64,000 nt of DNA, from assembly GCF_009914755.1 (NCBI RefSeq), contig NC_060938.1; one strand, written 5' to 3'. Position 1 is the stretch's first letter. The number at the start of each line of letters is the position of its first letter. A program made the position numbers and the translations under genes. A model generated the notes under the pieces. That model worked only from the letters and a program-made list of their open reading frames with translations. It had not been told where the DNA came from and did not search any database. This DNA comes from the human T2T-CHM13v2.0 reference genome, Homo sapiens. Shown here piece after piece: positions 24,849-49,425 of this stretch.

Positions 24849-26993
24849 GAACAATGCTGGAGAACTGACATTGTCTCATTTCAAAACTTACTACAAAGCT
24901 ACACTAATCAACAGAGTGTAGTACCGGGATAAGGATAGACATATAGATGAATGGAACAATTGAGAGTTCAGAAATAAATCCTTACACTGATGATCAACTG
25001 ATCATCGACAAGGGTACCAAACAACTCAAGGAGGAAAAGGAGGAAAAAAAAAAGTATTTTTAACAAATGGTTGACTTTTTTTTCCTCATTGAGTTGTTTG
25101 GTACCCTTCAAAAGTCTTTTCAACACACAGTTGAAAAGAATGAAGACTATACTTGAAAAATTAACTCAAAATGGATCAAAAACCAAAAACCTAAATGTAA
25201 AAACTAAAATTATAAAACTCAGAAGAAAACATGACCTTGAATCAGTCAATTCTTTCTTAGATATGACACTAAATGCACAAGCAATAAAAGAAAAAATAAA
25301 TTTGACTTCATCAAAATTCAAAACCTTTTTGCTTCAGAGGACACTATCAAGAAAATGAGAAAATAACCTACAGAATGCAAGAAAATATTTGCAAATTATA
25401 TACCTGATTTTAAAACATTAGTCTCCAGAATATAGAAAGAATTCTTATAATTCAATTGTAAAACAAAAATTTTTAATGGTCAAAGGATTTGAATATATAT
25501 TTCTCCTAAGAAGATATACAAATAGCCAGTAAGCTCATGAAAAAACGTTTAACATCATTAGCCATCAGGGAAATGCAAAGCAAAACCACAATGAGATACT
25601 ACTTCTAACCCACTATGATAGCTATAATCAGAAAGACAGACAATACCAAGTGTTGGCAATATGGGAAAATTTGAATCTTTGTACACTGCTGGTGGGAATA
25701 TAAATGATGAAGCCACTCTGGAAAACAGTGTGGCAGGTCCCTAAAAAGTTTAATATAGAGTTATCATATGGCCCAGCAATTCCATTCCTAGAACATTACA
25801 TACCCAAGAATTGAAAACATAAGATCAGGCTGGGCAACATGGCAAAAGTGTCTCATCTCTATCAAAAAAAAAAAGAAAAAGAAAGAAAATGTATGCCCAC
25901 ACAAATGTTTATAATGTTATTATTCATAATGGTCAAACAGTGGAAATAACCCAAATGTCCATCAATTGATGAATGGATAGACAAAATATGGTATAATCCA
26001 TACAATGAATATTATCTAGCCGTAAAAAGCACGAAATAGTATTATAAGCTACAATGTGATGGACTTTGAAAAGATTATGCTAAGTGAAAGAAGCCAGACA
26101 CAAAAGGCCATATATTTATTATTCTATTTATATGAAACATGCAGAAGAGTCAACCACAGAGATGGAAAGTATCTAATGGCTGGCAGGGGCAGGAAGTAAG
26201 GAGAAATGGGGAGTGATTGCTAAAAGGTATGAGTTTCCGTTTCTTTTCCTTTTTTGCTGATCTATTCCTTTTAGCTCATCTAATATTCAACCCCTTGACA
26301 TCCTAATTTGTGAGATCTGCCAGACCCTACCTGGCTAACTGAATCTGAGAGCTATACCTTCTTGGCCAGGCTGAAAAGAATTAACCTAAAAAGAAGCTGA
26401 AGAGCTCATGGAGATCAGACTGAGAAAGGCAAATTTTTTTTTCCTAAGTCTAGATATTACAAACTGTTATATCATCAAGTTACTGATATTTATTGCAAGC
26501 AAAGCATTACCTTCACATTTATGCAGTTGAAGACTAGCTAGTTACTAGTATACCATTATTACAGAATACAAAATAATGTTATTTTTTAATTGAGTAGTCC
26601 GATAATAGGCGAGTAATCAAAATACAGTACTACTGGTCATGCATGGTGGTTCACATCCATAATCTCAACACTTTGGGAGGCTGAAGTGGGAGGATAGCTT
26701 GAGGCCAGGGGTTTGAAATTAGCCTGCCAATATAGCCAGACCCTATCTCTACAAGCAAATAAATAAATAAAAATGAAACAGTACTGCCAGTATTCTGTAT
26801 CTAATTGTACATGTCCAAAACAGATAATTTCTTGATTCATTAAATCATTTCCCTAACACTCAAAGACATTATTTTGGATACTGAAAATAATTAAACATAT
26901 GGTATCTGGAAATTTAAAATCTAAAGTGGCTAAAACAAATATAGGCAGACATTTTATAAACATTAAGTTTTTGCACAATGCAAATACTTTAAA

Positions 26994-27145
26994 TTATAAA
27001 ATGTGTTTAATAAAAATAATTACCCGTTCTTGCTTATATCTTGTTCCTTGAAATCTGAAAATGATGGATCTGATCTGATCTCTATCTGATCTGATCTTCA
27101 CAGATAGCTTGAGAACCATTTGAATAAATAGATACAGTGCTTTGC
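26994..27145. repeat. Inverted-repeat arm 1 (templated insertion copy of 28902-29048)
   Basis: Reverse complement of 28902-29048 with 4 substitutions and a 5-bp indel; flanked by a 22-bp direct repeat. Confidence 0.93.
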
Positions 27146-27300
27146 AAATACTTTAAATTATAAAGAAGTAAAAAGAGGTTTTATATACTGGAAAATGCAT
27201 TACACTGAATAAGGAAAATCCTATTATACTGGGAAGAGAAAATATACTTTGAAACAACAGAGGATAAAGGCAGAGGAAGTTAATTCTAAATGCACAGTAT

Positions 27301-27604
27301 AGCTCGTGTTCTCAAACTGTCTGTGAAGGACCAGTTTTTTTGTTTTGGTTTTTAAATTCCAATTTGTCACAGACCAGTGCTTTACGACAAATGTATTACT
27401 AGAAAATAAGGTGAAAAGCACCAGGATTGGTCTACACCCCATTTCATAAGACAAGTCCACTAATCACATGCTTGGATATCACAGTACTGTCAAGCTGAGA
27501 TGACCTTCTCAACACACTCAATTTCCATAATTAAGCTGTTGCAGAACTGTAATAACAGTCAGTAAACTAGTACCAGTTTGTGGACTACATTTTGAGTAGC
27601 AGTG
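27301..27604. mobile_element. hAT-Charlie non-autonomous DNA transposon
   Basis: Termini gtgttctcaaactgt... and ...ggactacattttgagtagcagtg. Confidence 0.55.
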
Positions 27605-27704
27605 GTTTTGACTATGGGAAGAAGGAATGGGCCAGGCACAGTGGCTTATGCCTGATACCAGCACTTTGGGAGGCTGAGGTGGGTGGATCACTTGTGCTTG
27701 CTCA

Positions 27705-27989
<285 letters not shown>

Positions 27990-28170
27990 TTATAAATTCA
28001 CCAGTAAAACAGGGTTTTAAAAAGTAGAGTGATACAGTCAGGGAAGTGGCATCATCTCCACTTCTGAAATCTTCATTAAAATCTGGTTACCAGCCAGGCG
28101 CGGTAGCTCAGGCCTGTAATCCCAGTATTTTGGGAGGCTGAGGCGGGCGGATCACGAGGTCACGAGGTCA

Positions 28171-28437
<267 letters not shown>

Positions 28438-28593
28438 CTATTTACCTTGCTATTAAATCGAAATTTTAAGGTCGAGGCCTAATATCTTTATTTTTAAAAG
28501 CTAGAAGGACCACTGCCTTCCACTTGCCTGCATTCATGTCTGTGCTCTTATCCTAACTGCTTTTCCTTCATGTCTTTTTTCAAAAAAAATCAT

Positions 28594-28696
28594 ATCAGAC
28601 GAGTAATGTGCCAACATCATAAAAAGGTTTGTGGGACGTACATCTCATATATGAGTGTGAAAACCCAATCATCATGCTTATGAACTACAAAAGGCT
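28594..28696 (-). pseudogene. U13 (SNORD13) C/D-box snoRNA retrocopy
   Basis: Minus strand AGCCTTTTGTAGTTCATAAGCATGATGATTGGG...GGCACATTACTCGTCTGA resembles U13. Box C TGATGA and box D CTGA are intact; A-rich tail; candidate TSD ctYttccttca at 28560-28570 and 28697-28707. Confidence 0.88.
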
Positions 28697-28901
28697 CTCT
28701 TCCTTCACTTCTATCTATTGAAATTTTAATCATCATCTTCCAAGGCACAGATCAAATGTCCCTGCCCCATGAAGCCTTCTCTGAGCCACTCATTTAGATA
28801 TGACTCTTCTCTCTTATACTCATAACATGTTTCATATTTGACACATGATTCTCTTTTACTATACCATTAACTCCTTTACTCCTTTAGTTACCCAAAATTT
28901 A

Positions 28902-29048
28902 GCAAAGCACTGTATCTATTTATTCAAATGGTTCTCACACTATCTGTGAAGATCAGATAGAGATCAGATCAGCTCCATCATTTTCAGATTTCAAAGAACA
29001 AGATATAAGCAAGAACGGGTAATTATTTTTATTAAACACATTTTATAA
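28902..29048. repeat. Inverted-repeat arm 2 (presumed donor)
   Basis: See arm 1; this copy has no flanking direct repeat. Confidence 0.93.
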
Positions 29049-29499
29049 GAAATGGCATATTTACAGTAAGTGGCTTAGCCCTAAGAACAATTGATGGAAA
29101 AGGGAAGACGACTGGGAACCTTGAAGCTAACAATCTAAAAGAATTCACATTAAAACAACAAATTTTTGGTAACACAAACACACCTCTTATCCTAGTTATT
29201 CTATTTTAGGTTTGGGTGGAGAAGGAAAGAGTAATTGTTGCTAGGTGAATTCCTTGCATTTTTTGAAATAAATACCAACAAGAAATTTTATTTCCTTTCA
29301 TTCATTTAATTCTCCTTTGTTTTCTAACACATAGCTTAAATAATTTTCTAATTTACCCATTTCTTTTTTTTTTGAGACAGGGTCTTGCTGCAGCTTCGAC
29401 CTCTGGGCTCGTAATTCTCTCACCTCAGTCACCCAAGTAACTGGGACAACAGGTACATGTCACCACACCCAGCTAATTAAAAAAAAAAAAAAGTTGTAG

Positions 29500-30039
<540 letters not shown>

Positions 30040-30999
30040 TAACATTAAGCAAGTCACAACATCCCTGATTCAATTTTATTTCCTTAAGGTTCCTATGAAA
30101 AGTCAAATGATGCTTGAATTTTTTCCATAAACTGTGGTTCAAATTCATTTTTTCATTCATATTTGAGGTGTTATTATTTTAATTTTATATACAGGTAAAC
30201 TGAAGATCAAAAGTTTTAAATAAATAATATAGCTGAAGCCAGGCACAGTGGCTCATGCCTGTAATCCCAGTGCTTTAGGAGACTAAGGCAGGAGGATCAC
30301 ATGAGGCCAGGAGTTCAAGACCAGCTTCAGCAACATAGTGAGGGGTGGAGAAGCTACCCAATTCACAAATTCTTTGCTCAATTAAACTCTGTTAAACATA
30401 ATTTGTCTAAAGTTTTTAACAAGGAAGATTATCTTATACCCTCTGCCATAATGTCATAAATATTTTTCAGTTAAAGTCCTGTTTTATATTTTTGTTTGTT
30501 TTTCTCTATTACATTATGGACCTTAGTTTATGAACCAAATTTCTTTGCACCAATACTTAAGACAACCCAAGGAATGCTGACTTTAATGTCTTTTCTATCA
30601 TTGTCCATTGCTTGCTCATGAGTTGTTCACAAAACAGCAATTTTGCTCCCCTCAAACCTAGTATATTCATTCATGAACTAAATAATATTTACTGAACACT
30701 GATTATATGCCAGGCGCCATGCTAAGTCTAGGAATATGAACATGAAAAGATACACATCTGCCCTCAGGAAGGCAAGCAAATAAATAAATATGTTGTAATA
30801 AAAAAATCAAACTACTAGAGGGAAAGATGCTCAGTGTACAAAAAACTCCTATACCTACATGATAGGGAAGACTTCATAGAGGCTATCTATTGATTCTGCC
30901 CTGAGATTTTAAAGAAGACTAGAAGCTTTCAGATATAAGGGTGATGGGAAGGCAGTCTAGTATAAATATCATTAGCTACGGCACAGGTATCACAGACTA

Positions 31000-36489
<5,490 letters not shown>

Positions 36490-37414
36490 AATCCATACTC
36501 TTTTTAAGTCATTTATTTAATAAAATATACAATCTGTATTTATGTATTGCCATTTATACCTACTGAATACTTTGTAAGTAAAGATATTTTACTCAGAAAG
36601 ATATTTCTTTGTGAACCCATAAATACATTCAGATTACAGAAAGACATTTTTTACTAATCAATTTATGATAACAAATTCCTTCTCTAAATATAAAAAAGTA
36701 AAAAATGGGGACCAAGTTGCTTGGTATAAAGCCAACTTTCAGTCTCATTCATTTAAGAGAACCTCTTATTATCAGCAACTGATGTCCAATGTCTTGAAAA
36801 CTGTTGCTTCTCGTGTGTGTTATTTTAATTGTTTCAGCATGTATGGACATCAGGTGAGGAGAGTGATTTCTGAAAGATGGCAAACAAACAAGGTGTGTCC
36901 TATGACCACTCCAGCTTACTGACTTAGGAGAGCTTCTAAGTCGTAGTGAGGAGAAAGCAAATCCAGGTGGACCCAGCAAACTCCATGAATTAAGAAAGTG
37001 AAGCCAAGCACCCAGGAAGACCAAGGCAATCAGAGTTCACACGACACAGCACCAAGAAGGAGACAGCTACACACAGTGAGAATCCAGGAGACTAGAGAGG
37101 GTCCCCTTTAAGTATGATGATAGTATACTTATGAGGAAACTACCCAAGACAGAAGAAAGAACCATGCTGAAGTATTGGAGGGAACAGTACCAGGTGCTCA
37201 CACAGAGCTGGGAAGAGTGCTTGTTCCCAAAAGCTGGACTATAAAAATAAAATCTCATAATTTGTGGGGCCTTGGGTCGAATACTCAGGAAGGTATTGCC
37301 TTATACTAGACAATAATTAACCCTAAATGGACCCACCCAACAAATCATAAAAGCAAGACCCAAAATAATAAAACTGTTTTCAAATAACTTGATTGTATCC
37401 CGGAAAAAAGCTCA

Positions 37415-37702
<288 letters not shown>

Positions 37703-39159
37703 TTACAGATATAGGAAAATATCCAAAATATAAGAAAGTAAAATTCAGAATATCAGATAGCCAAAAGTTACCAGGCACACAAAGAATCAGGAAAACAACC
37801 CAGGATAAGAAAAGAGGATGATCAATTGAAATTCTAGAACTGAAAGAGATGTCACAATTAGCAGAGAAGTATATCATTTTAGCTGTATTCCATATGTTCA
37901 AAAAGTTAAGAAGACACATAGATGATATAAAACAAGACCCAAGATGAACTAGATAAAAACTACAGTTTCTGAGATTAAAAAATAAACTAGATAGAATGGC
38001 AGATTACATGTAGCAGAAGAAAAGATTAGTGAACTTGAAGACATAGCAATAGAAACTATCCAAGATGAAACACGCAGAGGAAAAAAATCAGTAAACTATG
38101 AGACCTTCCAATATACTAATAATACTTCTTACTAATCTAATATTAATATTCCCTAATACGGTAGTAAATGGAGTTCTAAACGTAAGGCGGGGAGAAAGAA
38201 GGGAAAATAATGACCAAAATTTTTCCAAGTTTGATGAAAACTATAAACCCACAAATCCAAGAAGCTCAATTAATCTTAAGCCAAGAAATATGAAAAATAA
38301 CTAACCAAGGCATATGATAATCAGACTCCTCAACACCAGTGATGAAGAGGTCTTAAAAGCACCCAGAAAAGAAAATGACATTTTCCATAAAAAGTAAGAT
38401 ACAGATAATAACAGACTTCTTATCAGAAACAATACAAACAAGAATACAGTAGAGTAAAATCTTCAAAGAACAAAGGAAAAAAAAAGCCATCAACCTAGAA
38501 TTCTAAACAGAACAAAAGTATCCTTTTTTTTTTGAGATGGAGTCTCGCTCTGTTGCCTAGGCTGGAGTGCAGTGGCACGATCTCGGATCTTGGCTCACTG
38601 CAACCTCTGCCTCCTGGGTTCAAGCAATTCTCCTGCCTCAGCCACCTGAGTAGCTGGGACTACAGGCGCGTGCCACCACACCGGGTTAATTTTTTGTATC
38701 TTTAGTAGAGACAGGGTTTCACCGTGTTAGCCAGGATGGTCTCGATCTCCTGACCTCGTGATCCGCCCACCTCAGCCTCCCGAAAGTATCTTTAAAAAAG
38801 AAGCCAAAGCCAGGCGCAGTGGCTCACGCCTGTAATCCCAGCACTCTGGGAGGCCGAGGCGGGCAGATCACAAGGCCAAGAGATCAAAACCATCCTGGCC
38901 AAAATGGTGAAACCCCATCTCTACTAAAAATACAAAAAATTAGCTGGGCGTGGTGGTGCGTGCCTGTAGTCCCAGCTACTAGGGGGCTGAAGCAGGAGAA
39001 TCACTTGAACCTGAGAGGTGGAGGTTGCAGTGAGCTCAGATCATGCCACTGCACTCCAGCCTGGTGACAGAGCGAGACTCCGTCTCAAAAAAAAAAAAAA
39101 AAAGATGCCAAAGTAAAGACTTTTTCAGACAAACAAAAGCATAAAGAATCCATCACATA

Positions 39160-40350
<1,191 letters not shown>

Positions 40351-41077
40351 TTAAGAATCCATTACCAGCAGATCATCATCACAGAAAAAAATGTTAAAGG
40401 CAGTCCTTCATGCAGAAACAAAATTATACTGAATAGAAATATCGGCTGGGCACAGTGGCTCATGCCTGTAATCCCAGCATTTTGGGAGGCCCAGGCACAC
40501 GATCACTTGGGGCCAGGAGTTCGAAACCAGTCTGGCCAACAAGGCAAAACCCATCTCTACTAAAAATACTAAAAAAAGAAATTAGCCAGGCGTAGTGGTA
40601 CATGCCTGTAATCCCAGCTATTTTGCAGACTGAGGCAAAAGAATCGCTTGAACCAAGGAGGTGGAAGTAGTAGTGAGCCAAGATTGCACCACTGCACTCC
40701 AGCCTGGGCAACACAGCTGTCTGTGTCAAAAAAAAAAAAAAAAAAGTACACAAAGAAATGAAGAGCACTGTAAATGGTACTACATGGGTATGAGACTTTT
40801 TATTACTTAAAAATCTTTAAAAGATCACTACTTGTTTAAACAAAATAATATAGTGTATGGCTGATAACATGATAAGTAAAATATATGACAACAAAAGCAT
40901 AAAGGTTGGGTGAAGAAATGGAAGTAAATTCTTACAAGGTTCTTATACTACATGGGAAGTGGTATAGTATCACTTAAAGGTGTACACTCTGGCAAGTTAA
41001 AGATGTATACTATAGGCTGGGCACAGTGGCTCACCCATGTAATCCCAACACTTCAGGAGGCTGAGGCAGGTGGATCA

Positions 41078-41326
<249 letters not shown>

Positions 41327-42426
41327 CTATAAATCATAAAGCAGTCACTGAAATAATAAATCGAGGGAAAATAATCATAAAATTTACTCAACTAATTCAA
41401 AAGAAGGGAGAAAAAAGGGTACTAAGGAACAGACAGGCCAAACAGAAAACAAATAGAAAGATGACAAACTCAAACCTAACCATATCAACAATCATGTTAA
41501 ATGTAACTATCCAAACATCTCAATTAAAAGGCATAGATAATTAGGTTAGATAAAAAAGACCCAACCATATGCTGCCAACAATATAAACCCACTTCACATA
41601 TAAAAACACAAGTAGATTTAAAAGATGGGAATATATATATATCCTGCTAACACTAATCAAATGAAAAGTGGCAATGGCTATATTAATATCAAAGTAGATT
41701 CCAAAGCAAAGACTATTACCAGGGAGAAAGATATCATTTCAAAATGATAAAGAAGTCAATTCATCAAAAAGAAATAATCCTAAAGGTTTAGGCAGCTAAT
41801 GACAGAGCTTCAAAACATATGAAGTAAATACTGATAGAAGTTCAAAAGAAAACAGACAAAACCCACAATTACAGTCAGAAACTTCAGCCCTCTTCTCTCA
41901 GTACTTGATGAAAACAGCTAGACAGAAATTCAGTAAGGACAGAGAAGACTTGAACAACACTAACAAGCAACTCGTCCTAATTGACATTTTTCGAACACCT
42001 AACCTACCAAGAGCAGAATATATATTCCTTTCAAGTGCATACAAGAAATTTATCAAGTTAAAATGTCTCTGGACCATCAAACAAATTTCATTAGCTTTTA
42101 AATAATTCAGGTTATAAAAAATAGTGTTTTCTAACTACAATGGAATTGAATTAGAAATCAACAACCAAAAGGTATCTGAATAATCCATAAATATGTGAAG
42201 CTAAAGAACAGACTTGTAAATAACCCATGGATTAAAAAAAATCAAAAGGAAAGTTGAAAGTATTTTGGAACTAAATGAAAATGAAAATACAAAATATTCT
42301 AAGTTGTGAGATGCTAGTTAGGGGAAAATTTTTTATCACCAAATGCCTACAGTAGAAAGAAGAACAGTTTCAAATCAATAATCACAGCTTCCCTTTATGA
42401 AACAACAAAAAGAGCAAATTAAACTA

Positions 42427-42832
<406 letters not shown>

Positions 42833-42962
42833 TCAATAAAACCAAAAGATAGTTCTTTTAGAAGATCAATAAAAGCGATAAGACTCTAGTCAGGCTGATC
42901 AGGAAAAGAAAGACAAATTATCAGACAAGAAACGAGAAGGATAACATTACCATGGGTCCTGC

Positions 42963-42978
42963 TATATATATATACACA

Positions 42979-43018
<40 letters not shown>
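42963..43018. repeat. (TA)n/(CA)n microsatellite at an Alu tail
   Basis: Seen directly. Confidence 0.9.
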
Positions 43019-43019
<1 letters not shown>

Positions 43020-43028
43020 TTGAGATAG

Positions 43029-43303
<275 letters not shown>

Positions 43304-43856
43304 TGAATCCTATAATATTAAAAGGATAATAAGAGAGTATAATCAACAATTTATACCTATAAATTTGACAACTTAGATGAAATCTTCTGTTTATACCAAC
43401 AGAAACAGAAAAAGCATTCAATAAATCCAACATCCATTCCTGATAGAAACCCTCAGCCAACCAGGAATAGAATGAAACTCTCTAAATCTGATAAAGGGCA
43501 TCTACAAAAAACCTACAGTTAGGATCATATTATACAGTGAAAAAAATCAATCGATTGCTTTACCCCTAAGATCAAGAACAAGACAAGACTGCCCACTCTC
43601 ATTACTTCTAATCTATGTCACATTGGAGGTTCTAGTCACTTCAGTAAGGCAAGAAAAAGAAATAAAGGGCATCCAGATTAGAAAGGAAGAAGTAAAACTG
43701 TATTTGCAGACTGATTCTCTATGAAAAATATCCAAAAGAATCTACAAAAAACTAACAGAACTGGCTGGGTGCTGTGGCTCACACCTGTAATCCCAGGACT
43801 TTGGGAGGCCAAGGCAGGTGGCTCACGAGGTCAGGAGTTCGAGACCAGCCTTATCA

Positions 43857-44075
<219 letters not shown>

Positions 44076-44429
44076 TCAGCAGGTTTGTAGGACATAAGCT
44101 CACTATACATAAATCAGTGGTATTTCCTGATATGAGATCCAATCAGAAATAGATATAAAGGTAACATTTACAAAAGATCAAAGTAGAAAGTATTTAGGTA
44201 TAAGTCTGACAAAAGATGTATAAGACCTGCACACTGAACTACAAAACACTGCTGAGAGAAATTAAAGAAGTCCTAAGTAGGTGGAGAAACGCCTTGTTCA
44301 TGAATCAGTGTATTCAATATCGTCAATTTTCCCAAATTGATCTATAGATTCAACATAATCCCAACCAAAATCCCAATAGGTTTTTTGGTGGTGGTGGGTT
44401 TTTTTTTTTTTTAAGAAACTGACCTTTAA

Positions 44430-44672
<243 letters not shown>

Positions 44673-45833
44673 TGAGCCTCCCAAAGTGCTGGGATTACAG
44701 GTGTGAGCCACCACACCAAGCTCAACTAATCTTTAGACTCATATGGAAATGTAAAGGACCTGGCATTTGGGAAAAAAAGAAACTTTGAAAAGGAAGAACA
44801 AAGTAGGAGGGACAACACTACTTGATTTCAAGATTTATTATAAAGTTACAGTAATCAAACACTGCGGTACTGGCACCAACAAAGATAAACAGATCACTGG
44901 AACAAAATAAGAGTCCAGAAATAGGCCCACACATATTTCTGGAAAACTAAATTTTGGCAAAAGTACAAAGGCAATTCAGTAAAGATAGCCTTTTTCAACA
45001 AACAGAGCTGGAACAACTGGATATTCACATGCAAAAACGTAAACTTCTAGCCACCTCATACCATAGTTAAAACTCAGATGAATCATAGAGGAAAATAGAT
45101 CCTAAAACTGTAAAACTTCTAGAAAAAAGCATAGAAGAAAATCTTTGTGATCATGGGTTAGGCAAAGATTTTAGATACAAAATAAAAAAAATAAATTAAA
45201 AATTGATATATAGACAATAAAAATTAACCATTTCTGCTTCTTCAAAGAAACAACTTCTTCTTCAAAGAAAACTTTAAGAGAACGAAGAGACAGCCCAAAG
45301 ACTGGGGAAAAAAAAATCTTTGCAAATCATGTGTCTCATACAGTATCTGTATCTAGAATATATAAAGAACTTTTTTTTTTTTTTTTGAGACAGTCTCACT
45401 CTGTTACCCAGGCTAGGGTGCAGTTGCACAATCTTGGCTCACTGCAAACCTCCACCTCCCAGGTTCAAGCAATTCTCCCATCTCAGCCTCCTGAATAGCT
45501 GGGATTACAGTCATGTGCTATCACACCTGGTTATTTTTAGTAGAGATGGGGTTTCACCATCTTGGCCAGGCTGGTCTCGAACTCCTGACCTCAAGTGAGC
45601 CACCTGCCTCAGCCTTCCAAAGTGCTGAGATTACAGGCATGAGCCACTGCACCTGGCCTAAAGAACTTTCAAAACTGAATTAAGAAAGCAAAAAAATTAA
45701 AAGACATGTAAAAGATTTAAACACAAACTCATCAAAGAAGTTATACAATGGTCTTGGGAGGCCGAGGTGGGTGGATCACCTGAGGTCAGGAGTTCAAGAC
45801 CAGCCTGGCCAACATGGCGAAACCCCATCTCTA

Positions 45834-46091
<258 letters not shown>

Positions 46092-46102
46092 TCAGGAGTT
46101 CA

Positions 46103-46498
<396 letters not shown>

Positions 46499-46819
46499 CT
46501 ACAAAAAAAAATTTTTTTTAATTGGCCATACACGGTGGTGCATGTCCCAGCTACTAGGGAGGTAGAGGAAGGAGGATCGCTGGACCCTGAAAGGTCAAGG
46601 CTGCAATGAGCCACGTTTGCAACACGGTACTCCAGCCAGAGTGACAGAAGACCCTGTCACAAGAAAAAAAAGCAATGAACTATTAACATACCAGGATACA
46701 GATTAATTTCAAAATAATGAGGCTGAGAAAAAGAAACCAAGGCCAGGTGTGGTGGCTCACGCCTGTAATCCCAGCACTTTGGGAGGCTGAGGCAGGCGGA
46801 TCACGAGGTCGCGAGTTCA

Positions 46820-47251
<432 letters not shown>

Positions 47252-47336
47252 TTATATAAAACTCTAGATAATGCAAACTAATCTAGGGTGACAGCAGATT
47301 AGTGGTTGCTCAGGAAAGGTGGGAGGGTACAACTGA

Positions 47337-47543
<207 letters not shown>

Positions 47544-49224
47544 TGAGTAGCTGGGACTACAGGTGCACGCCACCATGCCTGGCTAATTTTTGTATTTTCA
47601 GTAGAGTAGAGACCCGGTTTCACTCTGTTGGCCAGGCTGGTCTTGAATTCCTGACCTCGTGATCCGCCCACCTCGGCCTCCCCAAGTCCTGGGATTACAG
47701 GCATGAGCTACCGCACCCAGCTGATTATACATATATTATCCTGATTGTCACTGTCTATATTTGTTATCTTGATTGGATATTTTAAATATTTGTTATGATG
47801 GTTTCAGGAGATATACATATGTAAAAATTATTCAATTATGTACTTTAAATATGTGCAGTTTATTGTGTGCCAATTATACCTCAATAAAGCTGTCAGAATT
47901 ATTTAACAATAAATATTTTTAGCTAAATAAGCACTTTTTATTTTTATATCAAGAGGACTGAACTGTTAGCTGTAAAGTAGAACAAAACTAACACTAAGTC
48001 AATACCCACTATATGCCAAGCATTATGTTAGCCAATTTACATGTGCTAATTTATAATATCATTACCATTAGTTGTAAAATGGGGGGGAGGGGGTAGGTAG
48101 AAAGGATAACAGCTTTAGAAATCAGACAAGGCTTTTTTTTCTGTTTTAAGAAAACCCTGACTTCTAGTTTTTACAAATCAATTATGCAACAGTATCAATA
48201 AACATACCAGATTTAAATCTAAATCTTCAGAGTCAAGTTCTATAAATTTAACTTGGATTGTCCTACAGTGGGAACACATGCCAGGAAAAAAGTTTACAGC
48301 GGATGTTTAAATTATGATTATGTTCTCATACATATAGATGCACTGAATCCTCCCATAAGTACCCTGAGTGAATGGCAGTTCTGTTTGGTCCCATATGAAC
48401 TATGAACTATGGGACCAAACAAAAATCAAAAGCCTGTGTAACTGGCAATGCCCAATTACTCTGCAAACTAGTTTCCTCATTGTGTTTACCTTATTTAAAG
48501 CCCGCACCTACTTCCAGAAAGGATTTTCCATCTGCAAAATCAAATACCTGATTGGCAGACCTCTAAAAGACACTAGTTTTTGTCATTCTACTTTCTCTCA
48601 TTCATTTTCTTAGAAATTACATTAACTGTATTTCAAACAAAATAACGACAACAATAAAAGACTTGTTTTTGTTTTGTTTTGTTTTCAAACCAAGCAAGCT
48701 AAGTCCTACAAAATGCCTTATATGTGTGACCTCTCTCTTAATTTACCTTTTAATTTTCCATGTCTGCCAGATGGAAAAAAACTCTATGCCAAAAAAGTAT
48801 ATATAAATAATTCCTTAACCAGTCTATAAATAAAGTATGGCCTTTAATTTAGGAAATCTCGATACTTTATTGGAACTCAACTTTATAGCTGTGTCATTAC
48901 CTAACCTACAGCTTATCCCAAGTAGGTGTCAAGCTCCATTAAGTGTTCAATTTCAAACTGCCATTACCTGTGAATCCCTCGCCTGCATTCACACATTAAC
49001 TTACTGTGTCCTATTCTCGGCTAAATCTTTATTTCAATGGCTTAACTCTCAAGAAGAATGAAAACAAAAAGATCACAATCTCCACTATATTTAGAAGCTT
49101 TACATTTTCTTGAAAACTGAGCTTTTTATAGCGCTAAACTGGATTAACTGCTTTCTTACTACTCCACTGGAATAAATACAATTTACTTGTGACAAAGATT
49201 AGCTGTCATAAATGTAGAAAGAGT

Positions 49225-49425
49225 AAAAAAACAAACTAGAGACACAAAATCTGGGTTCCAATTCTGACTCAGCCTCCTGGTAGCTGGCTGACTACTCGAT
49301 GTTCCCAAACTTCAGCTTTTTTGTTGGTAAAAAATGGAGAATAATATCATCTACCTATAGAGTTATTGCAAGGATTATCATAATTTACGTGAAATCACTG
49401 TAAACAGTAAAGCATCATAGAAATG
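49225..49425 (+). mobile_element. MIR
   Basis: tctgggttccaattctgactc...aaaatggagaataata..atctacct..agagttattg.aaggatta. Confidence 0.6.

Noticed and set aside
27066-27100. (TGATC)n short repeats as an array or CRISPR-like structure
   Set aside because: A slippage microsatellite within the inverted-repeat arm; no repeat-spacer organisation, and the context is eukaryotic.
45237-45270. Small tandem duplications (cttcttcaaagaaa x2; also 28153-28170 and 62461-62490)
   Set aside because: Ordinary slippage duplications inside dead repeats, with no evident function.
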